Source: a virus
DNA: 64,000 nucleotides
IMG/VR virus record: IMGVR_UViG_3300025151_003852
Coordinates: 1 to 64,000 of that record
Strand: one strand, 5' to 3'
The notes under the pieces were generated by a model. It ran no database searches, was not told the DNA's origin, and saw only the letters and a program-made list of their open reading frames with translations. A program made the translations under genes and the position numbers. Of this stretch, positions 1 to 8,828 are shown piece by piece (positions within the stretch are counted from its first letter, which is position 1; the number at the start of each line of letters is the position of its first letter).

Positions 1-3000
1 AAACGTAACTTTTCAAAGTCACCATCAACTTCATTGAAGTATTCTTCTCCGTCTAATGCACCTTTGATTGATTCTTGGAAGAAAGGCTGATCTGGATCTG
101 CTTCGTTCAACCATGCTTCTAATCGTTTCTTACTAATCTCTGTATCATCAACTAATAACTTAATAACTTCTCTAAATGCTGTACGCCATGTAGAGAATTC
201 ATCTGTGTTATACTGTGCGATACCTGATAGTAAAGGCACACTTGCATGTTCATCATCTAACGTAAAGTCTAAGCCATAACCATAGTTCTTAAGTGTTAAG
301 TCTTTGTTATACGCAATCATAGCCTGATGTCCATAGACTAATCCATTGACTGGATTCTTTGCTTCAAAGATATAATGCTTAGGTTGTTGCATTCTATCTG
401 GTTGCCAGTTAAAGTCAAACTTGGGCGATACTTTTAGTTTAGCAAATACAGTAAACGCCCAAGGTGTTTCACTTGCTTCTGCTGATGCGTGATATGCTTG
501 TACACGACCATCAACACCATCTACTCTTACTACTCTGTTTGGTACATTTTTTGTAATTTTTTGCAGATGTTCCCAATTTTCCTCTGCTCCTTTCTCTCCG
601 TTTGATAAGAAAACGATATCCATAGGCTTCGATAACGCAAGTCTATTGGCATTTTTAATATATGGGTATTCGTATAGTTCTCTCTTTACATGATCTTTTA
701 CTTCACGCGGAACTATAATTCTAGTTGCTCCTGTAGATTGTACTATGATGTTTTTAGACTCTGCTGTCCATAATGACATAGGTTCTTCATCAACTACTTG
801 TATATCTTCATCTGTTTTAGACACTAGAGTTACGTAAGGAAACTCATCTATATCTTTTAACGTCTTTGTATGTGTATCACTCTCAGAAACGATTACAGGC
901 GCTCTCAGACGTTGTGTACGCAACGTTTGATTGTAGTTTATCTTCTCGTAATCTTCTAATGATTCCATGTTGTCGATCAATTCACGTGTCTTGTTAACGT
1001 CTATAAAGAATGTATCTCCAAACTTTTGTTTACTGCTTGGAAACACATGCAATTGATCACGTGCAAATGGATCGCATATATAAGAGAAGTCAAAGTCACT
1101 GTAATCACAGATTGATGATGCTATCCATATGTGATGTTCTTTGCGTTTAGGTTGATCTTTAACAATCTTTTTCAACGTAGTAAGATAATCTGTATCATGT
1201 TCGATAGTACTTACACGTTGTCTTGGTGCTTTATCTTGTAATTGTTTAACAACTGCTTCTGTTTGTTTATTACCATGATCGACAACTACAATATCATATA
1301 CACATTCAGTGGCTACTGCTCTGTTTTCTTTTACAAAGTTTAAGTTGTCTAAGTGTTCGATGACATTAATGTATTTGGTGTCTTCATTAAATGTTTCTCT
1401 GTTAACCAGGTATGTTGTACCCCAATGCGACCATTGTGTACCGAACACATGTACCATTTTCATTTGCCATGGGTTAGGATAATAATTAAAATCAAATTCT
1501 TCGTAATCTAATTCTGAATTTAAGATCCAAAGTAAACTTGTTGTTGATCTGTTTATACATCTGCGAGTAGTTTCTACCCATGAGTTTAAGTATCTTGTTT
1601 TTTGTATGTTAGGATATCTCTCCTGTATTTTTGCAAATCGTTCTTTTGATTCTTTGTTCCCTCTATCAACATAGAACATATCTAAGTTGGCTTGAATTTC
1701 TCCTATTGAATCAGTCTCAACATAGTTAATTGTTGCATCTTTAAAGATTGCTGAGTTCACAAAATATGTTTGTGTGTTGATATTATCTTTAGAACCGAAG
1801 GCATGAATGTAATTAGATTGATAAACATCAGGTCTCCAACTAAAGTCAAAGTCTGTGTAAACTAAATCCATATTCAATGCCCAGAATACTTCGTTTGGAT
1901 GCTGTGCTACTAAATCTTCTAAAGTTGTTTCGATAAAGTAAACATCGATTTCATCAGGTATCACGTTGTCTGATTCAACGTTTTGTAAATATAATACTTT
2001 GCCATCATTGCCGGGCTGTACATACTTAGGACCGTCATCTTTACCTGCTGTACTACCAAACTGATAGATTGCAGGGTCTGCTGTATCATCTGGGTGCCAT
2101 GAAAAGTCAAACTTACTTACGTCTAAGTCACCGGGAACTACCCAATGTAGACGTTTACTGTTTGCTAACTTACGTGCTTTAATAATTCTTGTGTCAACAT
2201 ACTTGATGTCTTTTGCACCGGGTACTGTATATGTTGGACCACCTGTCTTTTGATGCTGTGTACCAAATTGATAAATGAATGGATCATCTTCTGCATATGG
2301 ATGCCAACTAAAGTCAAAGTCTTCGATATCTGCTGGGACTTTCCAGTTTGTTCTGTCACCATTATCAATTGAGTACGCAACTGGTTGCTCAATATATTTG
2401 ACTTTAGTAGCACCTTGAACTGTATACTTTGGACCACCTGTTAGTGCCCACTGAGTACCGAACTGATAAATGAAAGGCTCGTCTAAGATATCTGGATGCC
2501 ATGAGAAATCAAATCCTTCAACATCAATGCCTTCTGGTATTTCCCAGTTCTTTTTATTTGGTAACTTGTGAGCAATGTTACCCTCTACATATTTTACTTC
2601 AGTTGCACCCTCAACAATAAACTGCGGTCCACCTGTCTTTTGCCACTGAGTGCCAAACTGATAGATGTATGCTTGATCTTCAAGTGGAGATGGTCTCCAA
2701 CCAAAGTCAAAGTTTTTTGTATCTACATCGTCAGGTATAATCCAATCTTCATCATTTTCTTCTAACTGTGCAACTACATCATGTACATACTTGACAGACT
2801 CTGCGCCTATAACTCTGTATTCGATAGTAGGCATTTCTTCTGCTGAATAAAACTTGTTACCAAACTGATAGATGAATGGCTCGTCTGTTTCATCGTGGTG
2901 CCAACTGTAGTCAAAGTCTTTAATTTTATAGTTACCTAACGTTCCCCAATGTCTATTGTTAGGATCAGGTAATCTTTTTGATTTTATAATACGTGTATCA

Positions 3001-5516
3001 ATATATTTGATAGCACTACCTTCATGTGCCCCAGGTGTTATGTATTTGTGTCCACCTGTCTTTTGCCATTGAGTACCGAACTGATAGATAAAAGGCTCAT
3101 CTTCTGCATATGGATGCCACGAATAATCGAAATCATCTTCATCAATTAATTTAGGATCAAACTCCCAATTATCTTTACAAGGTAATGCTTGTGATACTTG
3201 ATCTTCTACATACTTAACTTCTTCTGCACCCTCAACTGTATAAACAGGTCCACCACTTAGAGCCCACTGTGTAGGAAATCTATAAGTGTAAGGTGGAGAA
3301 GTTGCATCCGGATGCCAACTGTAATCAAACTTATCACTATTAATATTGTCAGGGACAGTCCAATTGTCCATTTTAGGTAATGCTTTTGCTTTAAATTGTG
3401 TTTCATATTTTACCTCTGTTGCACCCTCAACATGATATCTTGGACCACCAGTCTTCTGCCATTGCGTACCAAACTCATGTATCATTGCTGGTTCGTTTGG
3501 ATTAGGCTTCCAACTAAAGTCAAACTCACTTACGTCTACGTCTTCTGGTATCTCCCAGTTTGTTTTATCGTGTCCTAATGTTGCTATCAAGTCATTAACA
3601 TAACTAACTTCGTCTGCTCCAATGACTCTATACTCTAACGTAGGCATTTGTTCAGCAGGATAATATTGATTACCAAACTGATAAATGAATGGCTCTGATG
3701 TTTCATCAGGATGCCAACTAAAATCAAATCCTTTGATACAATAGTTATTCAATACTCTGAAACTATTTGGATCTGCTAGTCTAGTTGCTTTTAGAATTCT
3801 TGTATCAATATATTTGACAGCACTGCCCTCATGTACTCCTGGAGTAACATATCTTGGTCCACCTGTCTTTTGCCATTGAGTACCAAATTGATAAATGTAT
3901 GGTTCGTCTTCTGCATAAGGATGCCAAGAAAAATCAAATGAATCTTCTTCGATTAACTTAGGATCAAATTCCCAGTTATCTTTGCATGACAATGCTTTTG
4001 CTACTTGCGAATCTACATACTTAACTTCTTCTGCATCATCACAACGATATATAGGACCACCTGACATAGCCCACTGAGTTGGGAAATGATAGATATATGG
4101 TACAGGTTCTGTCGAGTCTGGGTGCCATGAGAAATCAAATTCACTTGTGTCTATATTATCAGGTATTTCCCACTTATCTTCAGTGGGTGTTGCAATTGCG
4201 TAAAAAATATTTTGATATTTTGTTTCTGTTGCACCTTCTACAGTATAGATAGGTCCACCTGTCTTCTGATGTTGAGTGCCGAACTCATGTATCATAGCCG
4301 GCTCGTTAGGATTAGGTTCCCAACTAAAATCAAATGTATATTTTTGAATGTTGTCAGGTATTGTCCAGTTATCAGCACACGGCATACGTACAGTAGTTTC
4401 TGGCATAAACTGATATTCTGTTGCTCCTTCTACTTTAAACTCTATACTAACTTTATCTTCTGCTTTGTTCCATTGATTGCCCCATGCATAGATATAAGGT
4501 GGACTAGTAGGATTAGGTCTCCAACTAAAGTCAAACTCATTCATGTCAATTTTTTCATTTAACTTAAATAACTCTGGTTTAGATTTTAACTTGGGTGCAA
4601 ATTCTGTAATATGCTTTACTGCTTCTGCTCCTTCAACTTTGTAGATAAGTGTAGGCATAATAGTGCCATCATATAACTGATTACCAAATACATAGTTGAA
4701 TGGTTCTGTTTCGTTTGGATCAGGTCTCCACGTAAAGTCAAATGAGTCTTTTTCGATTTCTTCTAACACTTCCCAAACAGACATATCTACTGCTAAGTCA
4801 ACTGGCTTATCAATATACTTAATTGTGCCGTCATTACCGGGTACATGATATTCCATGATCGGTACTTGTTCTGCTGGTGCCCACTTGCTTCCCCATACAT
4901 AGATAAATGGCTCTGTGTCTAATGGGTCTGGACGCCATGTAAAGTCTACTTTACTTTCATCGATAGGTTCATTAATTTTCCACCTAGACATCTGTGGTTC
5001 AAGTTCGACAATAGTATCCATATACTTGACATGTCCTACATTATCAGGCGTATGATATTCTACAACACTTCTTTGTTCTGCTGTTGCAAATTTACTTCCC
5101 CATACATAAATGTAGGGAGGATCTGTAGGGTCTGGATGCCATGAGAAGTCAAATTTACTCTCATCAATTGTGTCAAACAGTTTCCAGCATTGATTTTTAA
5201 TAGACTTGCGTTTGATGGGTGCAACATCTGCACGATAAACTCTGATATCACTTTGTTCTTTAGCACATAACCAAGTGCCTGAATCTTTTTGATGTTGACT
5301 AGGCCATATGTTGTTGTGTTCTTCTGCCCAAACGTCTTCATCTGGTAAAAAATCAAAATCAAATTCCCAATCAAATCCTGTGTAATCACAAAACTCATTG
5401 ATTATCCAAAAGTGATCTGTCGTGGCTTCTTTGCGAGCCTCATCTATATCGAAAACTTGTCGTTCTCTAGGGTGAACGTTTGGTTTTTCACCAAAGTAAA
5501 ATACGTCTCTAAGCAT
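1..5516 (-). CDS. Giant repeat protein (>=1838 aa, 3' end outside window): 16 tandem ~67-aa repeats plus several degenerate GT-A-like domains
   Basis: Absent from the ORF track because its stop lies outside the window. Translated by hand from ATG at 5516 (MLRDVFYFGEKPNVHPRE...) with no stop found down to position 3 (...DGDFEKLR). The C-terminal domain (MDIVFLSNGE..RVDGVDG..AYHASAEASET..NPVNGLVYG..STWRTAFREVIK) is visibly paralogous to CDS 30784..31728. Confidence 0.9.
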   Translation of the reverse strand, partial: MLRDVFYFGEKPNVHPRERQVFDIDEARKEATTDHFWIINEFCDYTGFDWEFDFDFLPDEDVWAEEHNNIWPSQHQKDSGTWLCAKEQSDIRVYRADVAPIKRKSIKNQCWKLFDTIDESKFDFSWHPDPTDPPYIYVWGSKFATAEQRSVVEYHTPDNVGHVKYMDTIVELEPQMSRWKINEPIDESKVDFTWRPDPLDTEPFIYVWGSKWAPAEQVPIMEYHVPGNDGTIKYIDKPVDLAVDMSVWEVLEEIEKDSFDFTWRPDPNETEPFNYVFGNQLYDGTIMPTLIYKVEGAEAVKHITEFAPKLKSKPELFKLNEKIDMNEFDFSWRPNPTSPPYIYAWGNQWNKAEDKVSIEFKVEGATEYQFMPETTVRMPCADNWTIPDNIQKYTFDFSWEPNPNEPAMIHEFGTQHQKTGGPIYTVEGATETKYQNIFYAIATPTEDKWEIPDNIDTSEFDFSWHPDSTEPVPYIYHFPTQWAMSGGPIYRCDDAEEVKYVDSQVAKALSCKDNWEFDPKLIEEDSFDFSWHPYAEDEPYIYQFGTQWQKTGGPRYVTPGVHEGSAVKYIDTRILKATRLADPNSFRVLNNYCIKGFDFSWHPDETSEPFIYQFGNQYYPAEQMPTLEYRVIGADEVSYVNDLIATLGHDKTNWEIPEDVDVSEFDFSWKPNPNEPAMIHEFGTQWQKTGGPRYHVEGATEVKYETQFKAKALPKMDNWTVPDNINSDKFDYSWHPDATSPPYTYRFPTQWALSGGPVYTVEGAEEVKYVEDQVSQALPCKDNWEFDPKLIDEDDFDYSWHPYAEDEPFIYQFGTQWQKTGGHKYITPGAHEGSAIKYIDTRIIKSKRLPDPNNRHWGTLGNYKIKDFDYSWHHDETDEPFIYQFGNKFYSAEEMPTIEYRVIGAESVKYVHDVVAQLEENDEDWIIPDDVDTKNFDFGWRPSPLEDQAYIYQFGTQWQKTGGPQFIVEGATEVKYVEGNIAHKLPNKKNWEIPEGIDVEGFDFSWHPDILDEPFIYQFGTQWALTGGPKYTVQGATKVKYIEQPVAYSIDNGDRTNWKVPADIEDFDFSWHPYAEDDPFIYQFGTQHQKTGGPTYTVPGAKDIKYVDTRIIKARKLANSKRLHWVVPGDLDVSKFDFSWHPDDTADPAIYQFGSTAGKDDGPKYVQPGNDGKVLYLQNVESDNVIPDEIDVYFIETTLEDLVAQHPNEVFWALNMDLVYTDFDFSWRPDVYQSNYIHAFGSKDNINTQTYFVNSAIFKDATINYVETDSIGEIQANLDMFYVDRGNKESKERFAKIQERYPNIQKTRYLNSWVETTRRCINRSTTSLLWILNSELDYEEFDFNYYPNPWQMKMVHVFGTQWSHWGTTYLVNRETFNEDTKYINVIEHLDNLNFVKENRAVATECVYDIVVVDHGNKQTEAVVKQLQDKAPRQRVSTIEHDTDYLTTLKKIVKDQPKRKEHHIWIASSICDYSDFDFSYICDPFARDQLHVFPSSKQKFGDTFFIDVNKTRELIDNMESLEDYEKINYNQTLRTQRLRAPVIVSESDTHTKTLKDIDEFPYVTLVSKTDEDIQVVDEEPMSLWTAESKNIIVQSTGATRIIVPREVKDHVKRELYEYPYIKNANRLALSKPMDIVFLSNGEKGAEENWEHLQKITKNVPNRVVRVDGVDGRVQAYHASAEASETPWAFTVFAKLKVSPKFDFNWQPDRMQQPKHYIFEAKNPVNGLVYGHQAMIAYNKDLTLKNYGYGLDFTLDDEHASVPLLSGIAQYNTDEFSTWRTAFREVIKLLVDDTEISKKRLEAWLNEADPDQPFFQESIKGALDGEEYFNEVDGDFEKLR
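1990..5200 (-). repeat. Coding tandem repeat, 16 copies of ~200 bp, consensus W-x-(I/V)P-x-x-(I/V)D-x-x-x-FDFSWHP-x(4-5)-PFIYQFGTQWQKTGGP-x-Y-x-VEGA-x-x-VKY
   Basis: FD(F/Y)(S/T/G)W(H/R/K/E)(P/H) cores found at about 5140, 4935, 4728, 4520, 4318, 4125, 3922, 3712, 3508, 3312, 3115, 2900, 2695, 2497, 2302 and 2095. Confidence 0.9.
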
Positions 5517-5522
5517 ATTATA

Positions 5523-5528
5523 TACTTA
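5523..5528 (-). promoter_or_regulatory. Candidate late promoter variant TAAGTA, 6 nt upstream of the giant repeat gene ATG
   Basis: Same spacing to ATG as the TAAATA motifs elsewhere in the window. It overlaps the upstream TAA stop, so it could be coincidental. Confidence 0.4.
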
Positions 5529-7061
5529 TGAAATTACGCGGGTCTTGTAAAGTTTTTCAAATCGATCTGCGTCGGATCTATCGTTAACCATGGGCTCACC
5601 TCGTACATTTAATGATGTGTTTAACAAGATAGGACATCCTGTTTCTTTATACCATGCTTCTAGCAATCTACGAATACCTGTGCCGTCATCTGGTACTGTT
5701 TGTACTCTGCTTGTGCCGTCTTTGTGTACAATAGCAGGGAACTTCTTAGGGTACTTACAAGGTGCTGTAACTTGCATGTAAGGTGAGTTGTTCCAATGCG
5801 TCGGCATTTCAAAATATTCATCTACAAGTTCTTCTAGTATCATAGGAGCGAACGGTCTAAACTGTTGTCTCTTTTTAATCTTGTTTACTTCTGATTTTAT
5901 CTTTGATCCTCTTGGGTCTGCTAGTAATGATCTAGTTCCCAATGCTCTAGGACCGAACTCAGCACGTCCAGAGGCTATCCCCACAATCTTATCTTCTTTT
6001 AGTGCTTTAACAGTTTCAACAACAGGATAAACACCTACAATATCTGTACCTAAAAATGCGTTTTTCCAGTTTAATTTCTTGCCGTAGCCTAATGCCGCGG
6101 CTCCTAATGAATTACCTGCATCACCTGGATTAGGCATAATCCAAATGTTTTCAAAATATGTACCCAAGAATCTATTAGCAGAACAGTTAAGTGCAACTCC
6201 TCCACCATAGACTAAGTTATCACTATCATTTAGTGTTCTTGCTTTGCTCATTACTATTTTAATAAGTTTTTCTACATACACTTGTGCTGATGCGGCTATG
6301 TCGAACTCATCTGCTCCTTCTAAGAATGAATCGTCAATACCGATGTGTGTATTCTCTTTAAACAACAATGAATCTGTATGGGCTCCAAACTTATCTTCTA
6401 TGTCTTTAACATACTTAGGCTCACCATATGCGGCCATACCCATTAGAATGTATTCTTCGTCTAGTGGTCGTAAACCTAATCTTGCTGTCATTGCACTATA
6501 GTATAATCCAATAGAGTTAGGGTACTTAAGTGTCCATAACTTTTTATACTTTGCTCTGCCCCGTTTATTATAATATCCTTTCCATATAGTAGCACAATCA
6601 TTCTCACCGATTGCGTCTATCACAACTATAGTTGCTTCATCAAAAGGTGATGTTTGAAAACTGGCTGCCGCGTGACATTTGTGATGAGGATGAGTTTGAA
6701 CAATATTAGGTATATGTCCGTCATGCATAAAGTGACCCCATGTTGATGTCACTCTGTTTAGTAACTCGTTGTATATGTTTTCTCCAAAGATTTGTGAGAA
6801 TCTAAACGGTCCTAACTTTTGACCTGCTCTAAACTGACGCCAGGCTTTTACCCAAGGTCGTTCATAATAATTTACAAATAACCGGTCTTCCTTGTTTACC
6901 CATTCTAATGCTTCATCGATAATTTCCGGACACAACTCTGAGTCATGTTTCTTTTTACTATATCGTTCACTGTGACCTGCAAATAAAATGTCTCCGTTGT
7001 CGTCTACCAAAGATACGCCTGCATCATGGAATCCACAACTAATGCCTAAATATTTTTTCAT
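5526..7061 (-). CDS. O-carbamoyltransferase, NodU/CmcH/TobZ family
   Basis: Family motifs HDAG..SERYS.KKH, HHKCHAAA, DAIGE, EYILMGMAAYG, GGVALN, P.PGDAG, GRAEFGPRALG.RS, KKRQQFRPFAP, H.DGTSRVQTV, LNTSLN.RGEP. Confidence 0.93.
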   Translation of the reverse strand: MKKYLGISCGFHDAGVSLVDDNGDILFAGHSERYSKKKHDSELCPEIIDEALEWVNKEDRLFVNYYERPWVKAWRQFRAGQKLGPFRFSQIFGENIYNELLNRVTSTWGHFMHDGHIPNIVQTHPHHKCHAAASFQTSPFDEATIVVIDAIGENDCATIWKGYYNKRGRAKYKKLWTLKYPNSIGLYYSAMTARLGLRPLDEEYILMGMAAYGEPKYVKDIEDKFGAHTDSLLFKENTHIGIDDSFLEGADEFDIAASAQVYVEKLIKIVMSKARTLNDSDNLVYGGGVALNCSANRFLGTYFENIWIMPNPGDAGNSLGAAALGYGKKLNWKNAFLGTDIVGVYPVVETVKALKEDKIVGIASGRAEFGPRALGTRSLLADPRGSKIKSEVNKIKKRQQFRPFAPMILEELVDEYFEMPTHWNNSPYMQVTAPCKYPKKFPAIVHKDGTSRVQTVPDDGTGIRRLLEAWYKETGCPILLNTSLNVRGEPMVNDRSDADRFEKLYKTRVIS

Positions 7062-7207
7062 TTGTAGATGAACGGATCCCTCTTTTTAAGTTCTGCTAAA
7101 CGTTTCTTGTATTCTTTTTCACGTTTATATTTGATATAGGGTGTCTTTAAGAAATCAGCAATCTTACGAATAAATGATTTGAGTTTGTTAATTATCTTTT
7201 TAAACAT
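7058..7207 (-). CDS. Small basic protein, 49 aa, ending RDPFIYK (reminiscent of the PFIY-motif SxtK/DUF5989-like peptides found beside carbamoyltransferases)
   Basis: Hand-translated MFKKIINKLKSFIRKIADFLKTPYIKYKREKEYKKRLAELKKRDPFIYK. ATGA overlap with the carbamoyltransferase start, GAGGA upstream, fills the intergenic gap. Confidence 0.75.
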   Translation of the reverse strand: MFKKIINKLKSFIRKIADFLKTPYIKYKREKEYKKRLAELKKRDPFIYK

Positions 7208-7950
7208 TTGTATTCCTCATTAAAGTTAATCAATTCATCAGCAAATAATTTGTGCGGTTCTTCGCCGTGATGCCAATACTTTGCTTTTTCGTTGACATAT
7301 CCCAGACGTTGATATTTTTGATAAAATGCTTCGTCTTTATTGTTTAACTGATAGTATTTATTGTCATCTACCAAGGGTAAAAGATTTTGAATAGCAGGTA
7401 TGTTATCTAAAAAGAATGGCATCGAATTTAACATCAGATAAGGAATCTTATGTGATTGCAATAGATATTGTACTTGTAAAATTAATTGATATGTTTGATA
7501 CTCTAAGTAAGGCTGATGATTAACCATAAATTTGTGCAAGTCTGGAGTGTGTTTTTGTTCTTCTTCATCTCCACCAGTCCAACCTATAATAACTTTATAA
7601 AAGTAATCACTGCCCTTTTCATACCAAGCAGTTGCATGTGATGCACTTTCATAGTTACGTTGTGATTCACTAGGTATTTCTAATCTAGTAGGTTCTGTCC
7701 ATGATACAAGTACATTGACATTCATAGTATCTGGATTATAACAATTGTGGAACCATTGCAATACTTGTCTACTAATACCTGTATTAGTTGCACCCACTTG
7801 TGCGATATTAACTGGCTTACGTTTTAACTTTTTAGCAACTAACGCACCATATGCATGTTCTCTGTTATATTTTGAATCTTCTTCTCCGTCGATCTCAGAT
7901 CCTGCGGCGTGTGAGCAACCAGCAATTAATAATATCTTTTCTTTTTTCAT
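7192..7950 (-). CDS. SGNH/GDSL-like protein (putative acyl esterase/transferase)
   Basis: Block I-like AGCSHAAG, NIAQVGATN, VSWTEPTRLE, C-terminal WHHGEEPHKLFA. Paralogous to 15766 and 18927. Confidence 0.6.
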   Translation of the reverse strand: MKKEKILLIAGCSHAAGSEIDGEEDSKYNREHAYGALVAKKLKRKPVNIAQVGATNTGISRQVLQWFHNCYNPDTMNVNVLVSWTEPTRLEIPSESQRNYESASHATAWYEKGSDYFYKVIIGWTGGDEEEQKHTPDLHKFMVNHQPYLEYQTYQLILQVQYLLQSHKIPYLMLNSMPFFLDNIPAIQNLLPLVDDNKYYQLNNKDEAFYQKYQRLGYVNEKAKYWHHGEEPHKLFADELINFNEEYKCLKR

Positions 7951-8828
7951 TCTATTCCTCTCAATCGTTTTACAGTTTCATCATAATCTAAATAAAAATG
8001 ACCGTTGTATCTTTCAGTAAAATATCTCATGTTTGCTCTTACATTTAAACTAGCAAACAATTCAGTTCTTTCAAATCTTTCCCAACCTGTTCTCTTCCAA
8101 CGTTGATCTTGGGACCAAGAGTTTTGATTATATAATATTTGTTTGACAGGGACAGACGATTCATAATCTAATTCATCATTTACTAAACGTTTAATAATCG
8201 GTTCTTGTAAAAACGCAAGTACTTGTTCCCCTGTGTATGAGCCAAAGTCTGATGTTCCTTTTAATCCTCTTGACTCCCACCAGTTACCGTAACTGTTTAT
8301 TCTTTCATACTCTTCCCAAACCCAAGTGCCATCATCAGTTTTACATACTTGTGGCTCGTTTGCCATTACAACTGTGCCATCTACTTTACTAGCACCTATC
8401 ATTGTAGTAGTCATTCTATATTCGCAACATTTAGATTCTTCTGCTACGTCATACATTTGACCTGACTTTACAAATTCTTCAATATCTAAATCAATTATAA
8501 CTGGTTTGTACTTATACTTGTCACACCAGTCTAATGCATACTTTGTATCATGTTCATTGTATTTAAAATCTTTACCATAACTTATAATAGCAACTGTAAA
8601 TGGTATCTTTGCTTCTCTAAAAACATTAACCATGTATTCACAGTCATTGCCTCCACCAAACATAATATGAACATCGTCATCAGATTCATCATATATTGTT
8701 TGAGCGGCTTTTATAGCCTCTTTATAATATGATTCTGCTGTTCTAGGAATAGATTTAATATCTATTCTGTAATCTTTACCATGTCCATGAAATGTCAGAA
8801 AGTCATCATGGGAAACTTTAGTTTGCAT
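7947..8828 (-). CDS. Hypothetical protein, possible adenine-nucleotide alpha-hydrolase fold with degenerate PP-loop
   Basis: VHIMFGGGNDCE resembles the hhhSGGxDS PP-loop. 293-aa ORF coupled to both neighbours. Confidence 0.45.
   Translation of the reverse strand: MQTKVSHDDFLTFHGHGKDYRIDIKSIPRTAESYYKEAIKAAQTIYDESDDDVHIMFGGGNDCEYMVNVFREAKIPFTVAIISYGKDFKYNEHDTKYALDWCDKYKYKPVIIDLDIEEFVKSGQMYDVAEESKCCEYRMTTTMIGASKVDGTVVMANEPQVCKTDDGTWVWEEYERINSYGNWWESRGLKGTSDFGSYTGEQVLAFLQEPIIKRLVNDELDYESSVPVKQILYNQNSWSQDQRWKRTGWERFERTELFASLNVRANMRYFTERYNGHFYLDYDETVKRLRGIE

Noticed and set aside
2690-4370. Diversity-generating retroelement template/variable repeat pair
   Set aside because: Differences between copies are not adenine-specific, all copies are in-frame coding, and no reverse transcriptase is in the window.
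1990-5200. CRISPR array or non-coding repeat
   Set aside because: The ~200-bp period, codon-position divergence and continuous reading frame show these are protein-coding repeats; there are no identical direct repeats with unique spacers.
2165-5398. Short track ORFs 2165, 2568, 3396, 4212 and 5060 as genes
   Set aside because: They are alternative-frame or antisense shadows of the giant CDS <1..5516.
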